Shown: positions 1-9,517 of the stretch, piece after piece | Position numbering within the stretch: the stretch's first letter is position 1 | Layout of the letters: each line of letters starts with the position of its first letter | NCBI GenBank assembly: GCA_041650835.1 | Contig: JBAZKL010000003.1 | Location: 163,682 to 227,681 of the forward strand | Direction: 5' to 3' | DNA length: 64,000 bases | Source: Candidatus Omnitrophota bacterium | GTDB taxonomy: Bacteria; Omnitrophota; Gorgyraeia; Gygaellales; Profunditerraquicolaceae | Made by a program: the position numbers and the translations under genes | Notes under the pieces: generated by a model | What the model was told of the DNA's origin: nothing | Databases searched by the model: none | The model's input: only the letters and a program-made list of their open reading frames with translations

Positions 1-155
1 GCGCGGACATCGGTAACGGAACGCGATACCTTTGCCTTTTCAATCGCCCTGAAAGCATGCGGCGTGACCACAATGGCCAAAATAGCGATCACCGCTATCA
101 CCACGATTATTTCTACTAAGGTAAAGCCTCCGGATAAATTCTGTTTGGTATACAA
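1..155 (-). CDS. Type IV pilin / pseudopilin paralog, 5' part only; the C-terminus lies beyond the window start
   Basis: Minus-strand frame reads (TTG)YTKQNLSGG|[34 protein letters not shown]. This is a class III prepilin leader ending in Gly, with Phe+1 and Glu+5, followed by a hydrophobic helix. A GGTGAGG Shine-Dalgarno sits 7-13 nt upstream of the TTG. The N-terminus is almost identical to the two downstream pilins. Confidence 0.5.
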   Translation of the reverse strand, partial: MYTKQNLSGGFTLVEIIVVIAVIAILAIVVTPHAFRAIEKAKVSRSVTDVR

Positions 156-169
156 GAAAACCTCACCGA

Positions 170-742
170 TTATAAAAGCGTCATCATTAACTGTGTTTCG
201 CTGTTAACCGCGCCATCTGCATCAAAACTGCTGTTTACCATTGATTGCTCTGAATGCGTCGGGATACCGTTTACGTCGGCATAATCCCGTTGGATACCCA
301 CATAACAACCCGGATCAACAGTAACCCCGTACCTCGTTGCTCCTGTCGGCCAATAATTCCAATCATACTTGCCCTTCCACGGAGTAAAACATGCCCATTT
401 CTCAACATACGGTCCCTCCCAAGTAGCTTGCACCCTGGCTTGCCAATCAGCAGGATAACCCGTCGTAACTAATCCCATCGGTCCTCCGTACCCATCTGGA
501 TTCCATGGCACCGGCCGCATAAACCCCGGGTCAAAACCTCTATTTATATCCGGAGGCCAGAAACCGATATCACTGTAATAACTTGTTGCTCCAACGCGAA
601 AAGCCTTCGCATCTCCCATAGCCCGGGAAATCTTACTTTTTTCAATAGCTTTAAAAGCATTTGGGGCAATTATCGAAGCCAAAATAGCGATGACAGCGAT
701 TACCACGATCAATTCGATTAAAGTAAACCCTTTCTTACGCAT
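170..742 (-). CDS. Type IV major pilin / pseudopilin with class III prepilin signal
   Basis: MRKKG|[32 protein letters not shown] has a short basic leader, G-1/F+1/E+5 and a hydrophobic N-terminal helix. The C-terminal domain is W/Y/P/G-rich and shares a GPYxEKW motif with the pilin at 3437..4003. Confidence 0.85.
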   Translation of the reverse strand: MRKKGFTLIELIVVIAVIAILASIIAPNAFKAIEKSKISRAMGDAKAFRVGATSYYSDIGFWPPDINRGFDPGFMRPVPWNPDGYGGPMGLVTTGYPADWQARVQATWEGPYVEKWACFTPWKGKYDWNYWPTGATRYGVTVDPGCYVGIQRDYADVNGIPTHSEQSMVNSSFDADGAVNSETQLMMTLL

Positions 743-882
743 AAGGCACCCGCCTTTCTAATAAGATATCTTAAAGTTTTTGCTCTAAGCATTCCTATAA
801 TAAGTATGCCTTATTATGGCATGCATTTCAATTAAAATCAACAAGTTAGAATATATTCTCCCTTGCAGAAAAAAGGCTTTTT

Positions 883-1698
883 CTAGAATAAACTTTTTAT
901 TTTACCCGGATTTTCCTCCCAATTCTTATCTAATTGATATCCTCTCCCAAAGGGGTCATCAGGGATCTTCTCGATCAAACCTTTTTGCACTAATTCGTTT
1001 AGATCCTTGGGCCAGAAACCAAAAAGTTCTTTAAATTTCCTTGTTTTGCCTTCTAAAAACACGATATTCTTTAACCAATCTATTTTCTTCTGAAAAAGCT
1101 TTATAAGTTGTTCGTCAGTAATGGTTTGAGCGAGGCTTTCTAAATATACAATGCCCATTTCCGCCTTGCCTGCTTTGTAATAAAACATTGCCTGATTAGT
1201 TTTAAGATACGGCGGCGCCCCGGGCAATAAAGACGATTTCTGATAATATTCGGCAGCCTTAAGATATTCACCAAGCTGCAAATAATTAAACCCTGTCCAG
1301 AACGGCACGCGCCAATCCCCCGGATTCAGGGAAGCCGCTTCTTCAAGAAAAGCAGTCCCCAGGGGAATATCGGTTTTCTTAACCGGCACAATACTCCCTC
1401 CAAAGAAATAAGCGCTCATTAATTTAGGGTCAAGATAAACAGCTGTCCTGAAAACATTGATCAGATACGGCACGCGGTTCGGGATCTCCTCGGTAAGCTC
1501 TAAGACGCCCTTAATAAACATCATTTCCGCGACCATTGGCCTGAATGTCCCGCTCACAGAAGAAAGATATTTGACCGAAGGCAGGTAAAAAAGGGGCTTT
1601 TTTTGTGCTAAAGCAACGGCTGATAAACGCCAGGATAGCGTAATAACGGCAAGGCAAAAGAAAAGAGAAAAAAACGCGGCCTTTTTTCTAACATCCAT
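883..1698 (-). CDS. Hypothetical secreted protein, possibly TPR-like, encoded upstream of the ABC transporter
   Basis: 271-aa ORF with an N-terminal hydrophobic signal (FFSLFFCLAVITLSWRLSAVALA). The sequence appears helical-repeat rich. No catalytic motif was recognised. Confidence 0.5.
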   Translation of the reverse strand: MDVRKKAAFFSLFFCLAVITLSWRLSAVALAQKKPLFYLPSVKYLSSVSGTFRPMVAEMMFIKGVLELTEEIPNRVPYLINVFRTAVYLDPKLMSAYFFGGSIVPVKKTDIPLGTAFLEEAASLNPGDWRVPFWTGFNYLQLGEYLKAAEYYQKSSLLPGAPPYLKTNQAMFYYKAGKAEMGIVYLESLAQTITDEQLIKLFQKKIDWLKNIVFLEGKTRKFKELFGFWPKDLNELVQKGLIEKIPDDPFGRGYQLDKNWEENPGKIKSLF

Positions 1699-1701
1699 AG
1701 G

Positions 1702-2463
1702 TTAATGCTCTTTATTGACGAATACCAGGACGCTTAAGGTAAAAGTAAGTAAAATATAAGCAAGAACATACAAAAAAATATATCCCGCGAAGGATGCGCT
1801 CATATTCTGCCCGTATATCGCCTGATATTTCAGGTCGATCTTATCCGTATTAGGCAGTATATGGTACAAAGACCTCATCGCTATTTTCATCACAACGTTT
1901 TCTGATACCGCGACGATCTTGAGCGCGCTCAGAGAAAACTCACTGGAAACATAGGCAAAAACAGTGGCGATGGTAGCCAGAAGCGGATACTCAAAAATAC
2001 AGGCGAATAAAAGGCATATTCCGCAAAACAAAGAGATCTTTAAGAAGATGCCAAAGCACCCCCAGAAATACTGCCAGAGAAAAGCCTTATTGAACACCAG
2101 GACGATGCCGGACAAAACAGAAGCCATTAAGATATACGTAAAACAGATCACCAGATAACCGAGCAATTTACCTGCCAGGTAGCTGGTTTGCGGAAAATAA
2201 GACAAATAAACTTCTTTTAACCGGGTTTCTTTTTCACGGTAGAAGTTATTCACGATCCCCAGGACAACTAAGAACAAACAGCTGATCTCGATGGCACAAA
2301 GGCTGATATTACGCAGGGCCACTTCTTTCTCACCGATAGACAATTCACCCAGAAAAAGAGAGAACGCCAAAAGGAACAAGAAAAAGAATGCCACCCCCCA
2401 AAAAGTCTTTTCCCTGATCCCCTGTTTGATATTGATCAACAATAATGATTTAACACTATTCAT
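1702..2463 (-). CDS. ABC-2 type transporter permease
   Basis: 253 aa, strongly hydrophobic with about 6 predicted TM segments. It overlaps the downstream-adjacent ATPase gene by 8 nt, which suggests translational coupling. Confidence 0.6.
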   Translation of the reverse strand: MNSVKSLLLINIKQGIREKTFWGVAFFFLFLLAFSLFLGELSIGEKEVALRNISLCAIEISCLFLVVLGIVNNFYREKETRLKEVYLSYFPQTSYLAGKLLGYLVICFTYILMASVLSGIVLVFNKAFLWQYFWGCFGIFLKISLFCGICLLFACIFEYPLLATIATVFAYVSSEFSLSALKIVAVSENVVMKIAMRSLYHILPNTDKIDLKYQAIYGQNMSASFAGYIFLYVLAYILLTFTLSVLVFVNKEH

Positions 2464-3169
2464 GACGGGTGATCCCTTTTATAAAAGCTTCTTCCAAAGA
2501 ACTGCTTTTATGTTTATCTATAAACCCTTTGACCGCGCCGGTAAATTCCAGCTTTCCATAATAAATGACCCCGATCCGGTCGCATAATTTCTCTGCCTGC
2601 GAAAGGTTATGAGAAGAAAAGAAAACAGTTTTACCCTGGCTACGCAGGTCCCTGATCAATGACATGATCTCATGCTGGCCGATAGGATCCAGGCCTAACA
2701 TCGGTTCATCAAGGATGACAAAAGCGGGATCCTTGAGCAATGCCGTTGCCAGCCCTAAACGCTGGACCATACCGCGGGAATAATGTTTTATTTTTTTCTT
2801 GCCGTCGAGCTTGACCTTTTCCAGAAACGCGTCGATCGCGGCAGCGCCGACCCCGATACTGAAACCCAGATTCCTTAGGAATTCTTGCCCGGTAAGCTCC
2901 CGCGGCGGGGTAAAATTCTCAGGCAGGTAACCGAAATCACGGTAGATATCTTCAGCAACAAGCGTTTTAGCTTTATAAAGATATTCGCCGCGGGTTATTT
3001 TCAACAATTGCAGGATACTCTTAATGAGCGTCGTCTTCCCTGCGCCATTCGGGCCCAGAAGCCCGAAGACTTCCCGCTCATTGATCGTAAGTGACACATC
3101 ATTAACAACACAAACCTTACCAAAATATTTGGATATATTTCTTGCTTCGAAAAGAACAGATACGCTCAT
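2456..3169 (-). CDS. ABC transporter ATP-binding protein
   Basis: Walker A GPNGAGKTTL, signature-like SRGMVQRLGLA, Walker B VILDEP, and an H-loop SSHN. Confidence 0.9.
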   Translation of the reverse strand: MSVSVLFEARNISKYFGKVCVVNDVSLTINEREVFGLLGPNGAGKTTLIKSILQLLKITRGEYLYKAKTLVAEDIYRDFGYLPENFTPPRELTGQEFLRNLGFSIGVGAAAIDAFLEKVKLDGKKKIKHYSRGMVQRLGLATALLKDPAFVILDEPMLGLDPIGQHEIMSLIRDLRSQGKTVFFSSHNLSQAEKLCDRIGVIYYGKLEFTGAVKGFIDKHKSSSLEEAFIKGITRHE

Positions 3170-3274
3170 ATATAATTTTATTGATACGGGGTTATAGAAT
3201 GCTTCTGGATACTGACTGTGCAGAAATTACGCCGCACCGTACTTTATTGGAAAGGCAAACGCGCACTTCCTGCG

Positions 3275-3340
3275 CAGGTGTGCTGCTTTCTGTCCAGCAC
3301 ACTGCGCTTATCGGAATTGCGCAGGTATGCGCCTTTCTGG
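3275..3340. repeat. Segment related to the 3' part of the ~160-nt intergenic repeat family, in inverted orientation, with an internal hairpin
   Basis: ctgcgcaggtgtgctgctttctg is the reverse complement of cagaaagcagcacacctgcgcag found at 34557-34580. ataagcgcag is also shared. The internal inverted repeat gcgcaggtgtgctg...cagcacactgcgc forms a hairpin. Confidence 0.35.
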
Positions 3341-3394
3341 CGCAAAAGGACGCACCCAGCAATCCTATTAAGCTGGGGTGCTGCAGCAAGACTT

Positions 3395-3421
3395 CCGTGC
3401 CCGGCAATGAACCGGGCACGG
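3395..3421 (-). terminator. GC-rich hairpin 16 nt downstream of the pilin stop, a possible terminator
   Basis: ccgtgcccgg-caatgaa-ccgggcacgg gives a perfect 10-bp stem. It is not followed by a clear U-tract on the minus strand, so confidence is limited. Confidence 0.35.
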
Positions 3422-3436
3422 AATAACGCCATTACA

Positions 3437-4003
3437 TTAGTCTTGAGAGATCAAATAATAAACATTAGCGGTAGAGCTATAACGGAAACCTCCCGTGGTC
3501 TGTGTCGCCCCAGGAGAAGCGGTCCCATCCAACTGGGTCTCCATCTTTTGCTCGGCAGCTAAAGGTACGGTACTGATCGTGATTACGCGGGTATTAGGCT
3601 GAGGAGCACCGGCAGTGCCGTCCCAGGCATACGAACCGACGTTCGCGTTTTCATCAGCCGCGGCATAATAGCTATAGTTACCGCTCCATCTTGCTAACGG
3701 CGGCCATTTCTCAATATACGGGCCATCCCAACCGGCAATTGTGGCAGTAGGAGTGGCGGCAATACCATTAGGAGCAGCACCGGCAGAAGCAGACGAAGTC
3801 GGCCAAATACCGCAATCAGAGTAAAATGACATAACTGCCGTCTTGATCGACCGGCAATCTTCAATACTGCTGGCAACCTTTGACTTTTCAATCGCCTTGA
3901 AGGCGTTCGGCGCGATGATCGCGGCTAAAATAGCGATAATAGCGATAACAACAATTAATTCAATCAATGTAAAACCTTTGTTTTTCATGTTTCCCCCTTT
4001 CAC
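3437..4003 (-). CDS. Type IV major pilin / pseudopilin paralog
   Basis: MKGGNMKNKG|[32 protein letters not shown]. The N-terminal ~35 aa after the leader are nearly identical to the pilin at 170..742. Translation may start at the internal Met, giving the leader MKNKG. A strong Shine-Dalgarno (AAGGGGGA) precedes the first ATG. Confidence 0.85.
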   Translation of the reverse strand: MKGGNMKNKGFTLIELIVVIAIIAILAAIIAPNAFKAIEKSKVASSIEDCRSIKTAVMSFYSDCGIWPTSSASAGAAPNGIAATPTATIAGWDGPYIEKWPPLARWSGNYSYYAAADENANVGSYAWDGTAGAPQPNTRVITISTVPLAAEQKMETQLDGTASPGATQTTGGFRYSSTANVYYLISQD

Positions 4004-4147
4004 TTTCTTTACATAAAAATGATATAATTAAGAACAAAAGTGCGCGACCCTCACCTCCTTTCACCAAATTAGGAATAAGACCCTACATAAAAAAGTGTAG
4101 CATATACTCCTAAGAAATTCAATCCTTTTAGCCAAAGCCTCATTTGC

Positions 4148-5824
4148 TTAGCCCGATTCCAAGGTGACCCTGACCACTTCTTCAGTTGTTGTAACACCCA
4201 GCATCAGCTTATCTAACGCGGCTTTACGCAGGGTAGTTAAGCCTTCTTTTACGGCTACCTCGCGGATCACCTCTGCCGAGCAGCGCTTCAAGACCATTTG
4301 CTGAATACCCGGGGACATCTTTAAAAGCTCATAAATACCTACCCTGCCCTTATACCCGCTTTTATTGCATATCTGGCAGCCGCGTCCCCGGCTGAATTTA
4401 ATATCCTGGCCTATCTTTTCTTCTAACCCCAAGCTTTTAAGCAATTCAGGCGCGGGGGTATAATATTCCTTGCATTTTTCGCAGACCCGCCTGACTAAGC
4501 GCTGGGCCAAAATTCCCAATAATGATGAAGAGACGAGGAACGGCTCAACGCCCATATCAATTAAGCGCGTAAAAGAAGACGGCGAATCATTGGTATGCAG
4601 CGTCGAAAAAACAAGGTGGCCGGTGAGCGCTGCCTGTACCGCGATCTCAGCGGTTTCCCTATCTCTGATCTCTCCCACCATGACAATATCCGGGTCCTGG
4701 CGCAAAAAAGAACGCAGCGCCGAAGCAAAGGTCAGGCCCGCGATAGGATTGACCTGGACCTGGCGCATCCCCGGGAATTGATACTCAACAGGATCCTCAA
4801 CAGTCATAATATTGACATCTTCTTTATTAAGCATTTGCATGCTGGAATAAAGCGTCGTAGTCTTACCGCTGCCGGTAGGGCCGGTAACCAGGACGATCCC
4901 GTAGGGAGAGCTTAGGATCTCTTTAAATAAAGCCATCTCCCGGGAAGGGAACCCCAGCGATTCCAGGCCGAGAACCAGCCCTGTTTTATCCAAGATCCTT
5001 AATACTACATTCTCTCCATGGACCGTAGGGCAGGTGGAAACGCGAAAATCAATATTCTTACTGCCGATCTTCATCATAATACGCCCGTCTTGCGGCAGGC
5101 GCTTTTCCGCGATATCCAGATTTGACATGATCTTAAACCGGGATATGATCGCCCCCGAGAGGTCGCGCGGCAGGGACGGCTGATGACGCAGGATCCCGTC
5201 GATACGATAACGGACACTTAAAAGCTTATCCTCCGGCTCTATATGAATATCGGAAGCTTTCATCTGCACTGCCTGCACAATAAGATGATTGACTATTTTT
5301 ATGATCGGGGCTTCTTCACCGAGCTTTTCTCCGTCGGCAAGTTTATCTTTGTCGATAGAGGCGATGATCTGCTGTAAATTAAAAGCGGAACCCCCATAAT
5401 ATTGGTCCTGGGCTTTTCGAATATCTAATTCTTCGGCCAAAACCGGCTCTACATTAAGCTTGGTTATACGCTGGAGCTCATCGATGATAAAAACATTCTT
5501 CGGGTCCTGCATCGCAACCGTCAACGTATTCTCAACCATAAAAACAGGGATCAATTTATATTTTCTGGCAAATTCCTCAGGGATAAGCTTGATAACATCG
5601 GGTTCAATGATATAGCCGGCAAGGTTGAATTTAGCGATACCGGATTGAGAGGCCAGCGCCCGCTCAATTTCCTCCTGGCTTACCAAGCCATTTTTGAGCA
5701 AAATCTCTCCCAGCCGCTCACTTGAGAATTTCTGCTGCTCAAGGGCTTCTTTCAACTGAGCCTGAGTGATCAAGCCGCGCTCGATCAGTATTTCGCCTAA
5801 TTGTTTATGAAAACTTTCTGCCAT
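4148..5824 (-). CDS. pilB: Type IV pilus / type II secretion assembly ATPase, GspE/PilB family
   Basis: Two N-terminal T2SE_N-like repeats (LGEILIERGLITQAQLKEALEQQ and LGEILLKNGLVSQEEIERALASQ). Walker A GPTGSGKTTTLYS. The C-terminus carries the tetracysteine motif CEKC...CQIC. Confidence 0.9.
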   Translation of the reverse strand: MAESFHKQLGEILIERGLITQAQLKEALEQQKFSSERLGEILLKNGLVSQEEIERALASQSGIAKFNLAGYIIEPDVIKLIPEEFARKYKLIPVFMVENTLTVAMQDPKNVFIIDELQRITKLNVEPVLAEELDIRKAQDQYYGGSAFNLQQIIASIDKDKLADGEKLGEEAPIIKIVNHLIVQAVQMKASDIHIEPEDKLLSVRYRIDGILRHQPSLPRDLSGAIISRFKIMSNLDIAEKRLPQDGRIMMKIGSKNIDFRVSTCPTVHGENVVLRILDKTGLVLGLESLGFPSREMALFKEILSSPYGIVLVTGPTGSGKTTTLYSSMQMLNKEDVNIMTVEDPVEYQFPGMRQVQVNPIAGLTFASALRSFLRQDPDIVMVGEIRDRETAEIAVQAALTGHLVFSTLHTNDSPSSFTRLIDMGVEPFLVSSSLLGILAQRLVRRVCEKCKEYYTPAPELLKSLGLEEKIGQDIKFSRGRGCQICNKSGYKGRVGIYELLKMSPGIQQMVLKRCSAEVIREVAVKEGLTTLRKAALDKLMLGVTTTEEVVRVTLESG

Positions 5825-5841
5825 AGTATTTTAAATAATTA

Positions 5842-8800
5842 TCACCATAGGACTTGACGCAGGCGGGCATCCATTTCTTCCAATTTATTTAACCAGCTTT
5901 TCACCGCTTTTTCTTTCTTAACCTGAGATGCTTCCTGGCTGGACTGCCGCACCTGATTGGAGCTGCGTTTATTCATTTGATACTCCAACTGCTCTTTATC
6001 GAGCTGCGCCTGCTTACGCCTGTCGATTACCGTTTGCTGCTGGTCAACCTTGGTTTTCGCCGCCATCTCCCGCTTATCGAACAGCGGCTGCTGGCTTTGA
6101 CGCCGCTGCTGCCGTAATTCAGCCTGAAGCTGCCGGTCTTCTATTGCGCGCTGGCGCCTTTCTTGTGCCTGCGCGACAAGCTCTTCCTTATGCTGGCGCG
6201 CTTCTTCTCGAGCGAGCTGCGCCTGCTTTTTTCTCTCTTCTTTGGCAGCCTTCAATTGTTGAACACGCTCAAGCTTTGCTTTTTCCTCCGCGAGCTGTTG
6301 TTCATGGATCTGTTTTTCCTCCTGGGCCTTTTGCTCTACGAGTTGGAGCCTGGATTCTTCTATCTTTTTCAAAGTCTCTAATTTTTGCTGCAGAGCCTCC
6401 TGGTGCTGGGCAAGGCGCTGCTTTTTCAATTCCTGCTCCTGTAAAGCTATTTGGCGCTTTTGCTCTTCAAGCTGATGAATACGCTCCTGTTCCTGCTTTT
6501 CAGCCGCTAAACGTTTTTCTTCTTCCTCCTTAGCCAACTGTTCCAGGCGACTTTTTTCTTCTTCTTCAGCGAAAACACGGGCTGCCGCCGCAGCCTGTTT
6601 TTGCTCCAAAAGCTCTTTATGTTTTTCCGCGACCCTAAGCTTTCTTACCTCTGCCAGCCTTGAGCGCTCCACTTCTGCCTGCTTCTCAGCTGCCAGGCGT
6701 TTTTCTTCTTCCTGTTTAGCCTGCTGCTCCTGGCGCTGATATTCCTCTTTAAGCTGCTTCAGGCGCTCTTGCCGTTTGGCCTCTTCAGCCAAACGCATTG
6801 CTTTCTTGACCCCCGCTTGCTCTTCTGCCAGCTGCTTTTGCTTTTCCTGGGCCTCTTTATCCGCTGCCAACTGCTTCTCTTCCGCTTCCTTGGCCAGGCG
6901 TTCCTGGCGCTGCTCTTCTTCTTTAAGCTGCTTCAGGCGCTCTTGCCGTTTGGCCTCTTCAACCAAACGCATTGCTTTCTTGACCCCCGCTTGCTCTTCT
7001 GCCAGCTGCTTTTGCTTTTCCTGGGCCTCTTTATCCGCTGCCAGCTGCTTCTCTTCCGCTTCCTTGGCCAGGCGTTCCTGACGCTGCTCTTCTTCTTTAA
7101 GCAGCCTTAGGCGTTCTTCCCTTTTCGCCTGCCCAACCAAACGCATTGCTTTCTTGACCCCCGCTTGCTCTTCTGCCAGCTGCTTTTGCTTTTCCTGGGC
7201 CTCTTTATCCGCTGCCAACTGCTTCTCTTCCGCTTCCTTGGCCAGGCGTTCCTGACGCTGGGCCTCCTCCTGCGCGGCTACCGACTTTGCTTCGGCTGCA
7301 ATTCTTTTTTGTTCTAAAAGCTGTTTTCTTTTTTCCGCTGCATTAATCTTATTCTTTGTTTTCAACTCTGCCTGCTCAGCGCTAAGCTGCGCAGACTTTT
7401 CCTGAGCTTCTTTCTCCGCCGCCAGCCGCTTCTCTTCTTCTTCCTGAGCGAGCTGCTCCTCCGATTTCTTTTCTGCAACAGGCTTACGCAAAGACGCCTG
7501 TTCATTCTCTTGCGCTAATTTATTCTTAAGCTTTCCCCTTGCCTTCTTTTGTAATTTCTGTTTACGCAACTCTTCTTTTTGTATCCGGGCCTCTTCTAAA
7601 GAAACCTCTTTTCTTATCGCAAGCCAGGTATCGACATCTTCTGCCTGCTGCTCTCCTGCCGCAGAATCCTGCGGTAGGAGTGAGGGCTCAACCGGAGCTG
7701 TTGCCCTTTCCGGTTTAAGCGCTTCCTGAGGCTTTAAAGCTTCAACCGATTTTTCAACTTCCAGAGCTCTTTTTTTTTCCTGATCCGCTCCCGGCGGCGC
7801 AGATTGAGCGGCTTTCTCTTTTTCCTTTAGACGATCCTGTTTTTCTTGTATTAACTGCTGCTTTTTTTCATCCCTGAGGCGCGCCTGTTCCAACGCTAAT
7901 TGATCCCGGCGTTCTTGCTCCTTCTTTTCAGCCTCAAGGCGCTTTTGCGCTTCCTGCTTCATGCGCTCTTGCCTATCTTTCTTTTCTTCAGCTTTCTTTT
8001 TTAAGCGCGCCTCTTTTGCCTGTTGAACTTCAAGCCTGCGCGCCTCTTTCTGTTTTTCTAACGCGCCCTTTTGCGCCTTCAGCAATTGCTTTTGTTCTTC
8101 GATCTTAGCAAGATACTCCTGCTCCTGCTCGGTCAATTGCTGGGTACATTCCTGCTTTAATTTTTCCTTCTCTTGCTGGAGCTTCTTCTGCGCCGCCTCT
8201 TTTTGCTTCTGTTTTTCTATTTTTATTTTTTCGGCTTCCTGCTTTTTTTCTTCTTCGGCACGAGCGAGTTCTGCGGCGCGCTCTTTTTCTTCCGCCTGCC
8301 GCCTTAACTCTTCCTGTTTTCTTTCTTCAGCCAGAAGCTTTCTTTCTTCCCGGATCTTTTCTTTTGCCGCGGCTAATTCCTGCAGGTGTTCCTGCTTTTC
8401 CCGGGCTGCTTCTCGCCGCTCCTCTTCCCGCTGCTTAAGAAGCTCTTCCTTAGCCTTCTTTGCTTCTTCAAGCTTCTTGAGGCGCGCTTGTTTTATTTGT
8501 TCTTCCTGAGATTTCTTTTCTTCTGCTGCTGCCTGCTTCTCAGCTGCCAGGCGCTTTTCTTCCTCCTGCTTAGCTAACGCATCCTGGCGCTTTTGCTCCT
8601 CTGCTGCCTGCTTCTCGGCTGCCAGGCGCTTTTCTTCCTCCTGCTTAGCTAACGCATCCTGGCGCTTTTGCTCCTCTGCGACCTGCTGAAGGCGCGCTTC
8701 TTTTTTTTGCTGAGCGAGCTTCCTTTTTTCTTCTTTACGCTTTTCCAATTCGCTCAAGCGCTGCCTGCGCTCTTCTTCTTTTTGTTTTTTACTCAGCATC

Positions 8801-9507
8801 TTCCGGCGCTCCTGCTCCGCGCGCTCGGCTTCCAATTGCTGCTGCTGGCGCATCCGTTCTAATTCGAGTTTTTGCGTGATCAATTCCTGCTTCTTCGCTT
8901 CTATCTCCGCCAGGCGTGCCTGCGCCAAGCGCTCGCGCTCTAATTTTTCTTCATTTAATTGTTTTTGCTCTTCTTGCTTTACCATCTCATCTTTACGCCT
9001 GCGCTCCTCATCCTGGGCAAAAAAACGGGCTTGCGTGAAGACTCTTTTTTCTTCCTCCAGATAGATCTGCCGCTGGATCTCTTCTTCTTCCTTTATATAC
9101 TGGTCTATCCTGTTGACCAACGCGCTGATCCTGCCGTCTTCGCCTAAATATTCTGCCTGTATGCCTGAAACGGTTTTCGAAGCCGGCGAGGCTTCACCTA
9201 TTTTTCTGTCCACTCCGCAGGCAGGCATAGCTGGGGCGGGAAAAGACTCAAGGTGCCCTATCTGCATGGTTACCGGCGACTGCTCCTGCAGAAAATCATT
9301 AATCTCTTGTTTCCGGCGTAAGATCTCTTCCTTTTTCTTACGCAGAGAACGAATATACTCTTCCTCTGCCTTGACCTTGCGCTGCATTTCTTCAAGGCGC
9401 AGCTCTTTTTCAGCCATATTATTATCTTGAGCGTAAACAACCCCCGCTCCCCAAACCATGCATCCCGTCACATAAAACCCAGCGATTATTAAAAATAGTC
9501 TTTTCAT
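5842..9507 (-). CDS. Giant coiled-coil lipoprotein (1221 aa, E/K/Q/A/R-rich) with internal tandem repeats
   Basis: Signal peptide with lipobox (FYVTGC). The remainder is almost entirely heptad-like charged low-complexity sequence. A 171-bp (57-aa) unit is repeated three times (about 6770-7260), and an ~80-bp unit twice (about 8520-8680). Antisense plus-strand ORFs also look repetitive for the same reason. Confidence 0.8.
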   Translation of the reverse strand: MKRLFLIIAGFYVTGCMVWGAGVVYAQDNNMAEKELRLEEMQRKVKAEEEYIRSLRKKKEEILRRKQEINDFLQEQSPVTMQIGHLESFPAPAMPACGVDRKIGEASPASKTVSGIQAEYLGEDGRISALVNRIDQYIKEEEEIQRQIYLEEEKRVFTQARFFAQDEERRRKDEMVKQEEQKQLNEEKLERERLAQARLAEIEAKKQELITQKLELERMRQQQQLEAERAEQERRKMLSKKQKEEERRQRLSELEKRKEEKRKLAQQKKEARLQQVAEEQKRQDALAKQEEEKRLAAEKQAAEEQKRQDALAKQEEEKRLAAEKQAAAEEKKSQEEQIKQARLKKLEEAKKAKEELLKQREEERREAAREKQEHLQELAAAKEKIREERKLLAEERKQEELRRQAEEKERAAELARAEEEKKQEAEKIKIEKQKQKEAAQKKLQQEKEKLKQECTQQLTEQEQEYLAKIEEQKQLLKAQKGALEKQKEARRLEVQQAKEARLKKKAEEKKDRQERMKQEAQKRLEAEKKEQERRDQLALEQARLRDEKKQQLIQEKQDRLKEKEKAAQSAPPGADQEKKRALEVEKSVEALKPQEALKPERATAPVEPSLLPQDSAAGEQQAEDVDTWLAIRKEVSLEEARIQKEELRKQKLQKKARGKLKNKLAQENEQASLRKPVAEKKSEEQLAQEEEEKRLAAEKEAQEKSAQLSAEQAELKTKNKINAAEKRKQLLEQKRIAAEAKSVAAQEEAQRQERLAKEAEEKQLAADKEAQEKQKQLAEEQAGVKKAMRLVGQAKREERLRLLKEEEQRQERLAKEAEEKQLAADKEAQEKQKQLAEEQAGVKKAMRLVEEAKRQERLKQLKEEEQRQERLAKEAEEKQLAADKEAQEKQKQLAEEQAGVKKAMRLAEEAKRQERLKQLKEEYQRQEQQAKQEEEKRLAAEKQAEVERSRLAEVRKLRVAEKHKELLEQKQAAAAARVFAEEEEKSRLEQLAKEEEEKRLAAEKQEQERIHQLEEQKRQIALQEQELKKQRLAQHQEALQQKLETLKKIEESRLQLVEQKAQEEKQIHEQQLAEEKAKLERVQQLKAAKEERKKQAQLAREEARQHKEELVAQAQERRQRAIEDRQLQAELRQQRRQSQQPLFDKREMAAKTKVDQQQTVIDRRKQAQLDKEQLEYQMNKRSSNQVRQSSQEASQVKKEKAVKSWLNKLEEMDARLRQVLW

Positions 9508-9517
9508 AAGATAACCT

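Noticed and set aside
866-890. A/T hairpin (gaaaaag-cc-ttttttc) after the stop of the 883..1698 gene, as a possible terminator
   Set aside because: The stem is entirely A-T and only 7 bp, which is too weak to call an intrinsic terminator with confidence.
3142-3562. Plus-strand ORFs of 94-114 aa between the ABC ATPase and pilin 2
   Set aside because: They lie within the repeat-related, hairpin-rich intergenic segment. They have no RBS, overlap each other in different frames and have Cys/Arg-rich composition typical of GC-rich non-coding DNA.
4004-4147. Sigma-54 promoter upstream of pilin 2
   Set aside because: GGGTCGCGCACTTTTGTTC loosely recalls the -24/-12 elements, but the GG..GC spacing is off by two and the TTGC is degenerate. 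No enhancer-binding-protein gene is nearby, so no sigma-54 promoter is called.
5928-7110. Plus-strand ORFs of 100-200 aa, Ala/Pro/Leu-rich and internally repetitive, inside the 5842..9507 gene
   Set aside because: They are antisense to a low-complexity GC-skewed repetitive coding region, so stop codons are rare by composition. They have no ribosome-binding sites or start context. They simply mirror the 171-bp repeat.
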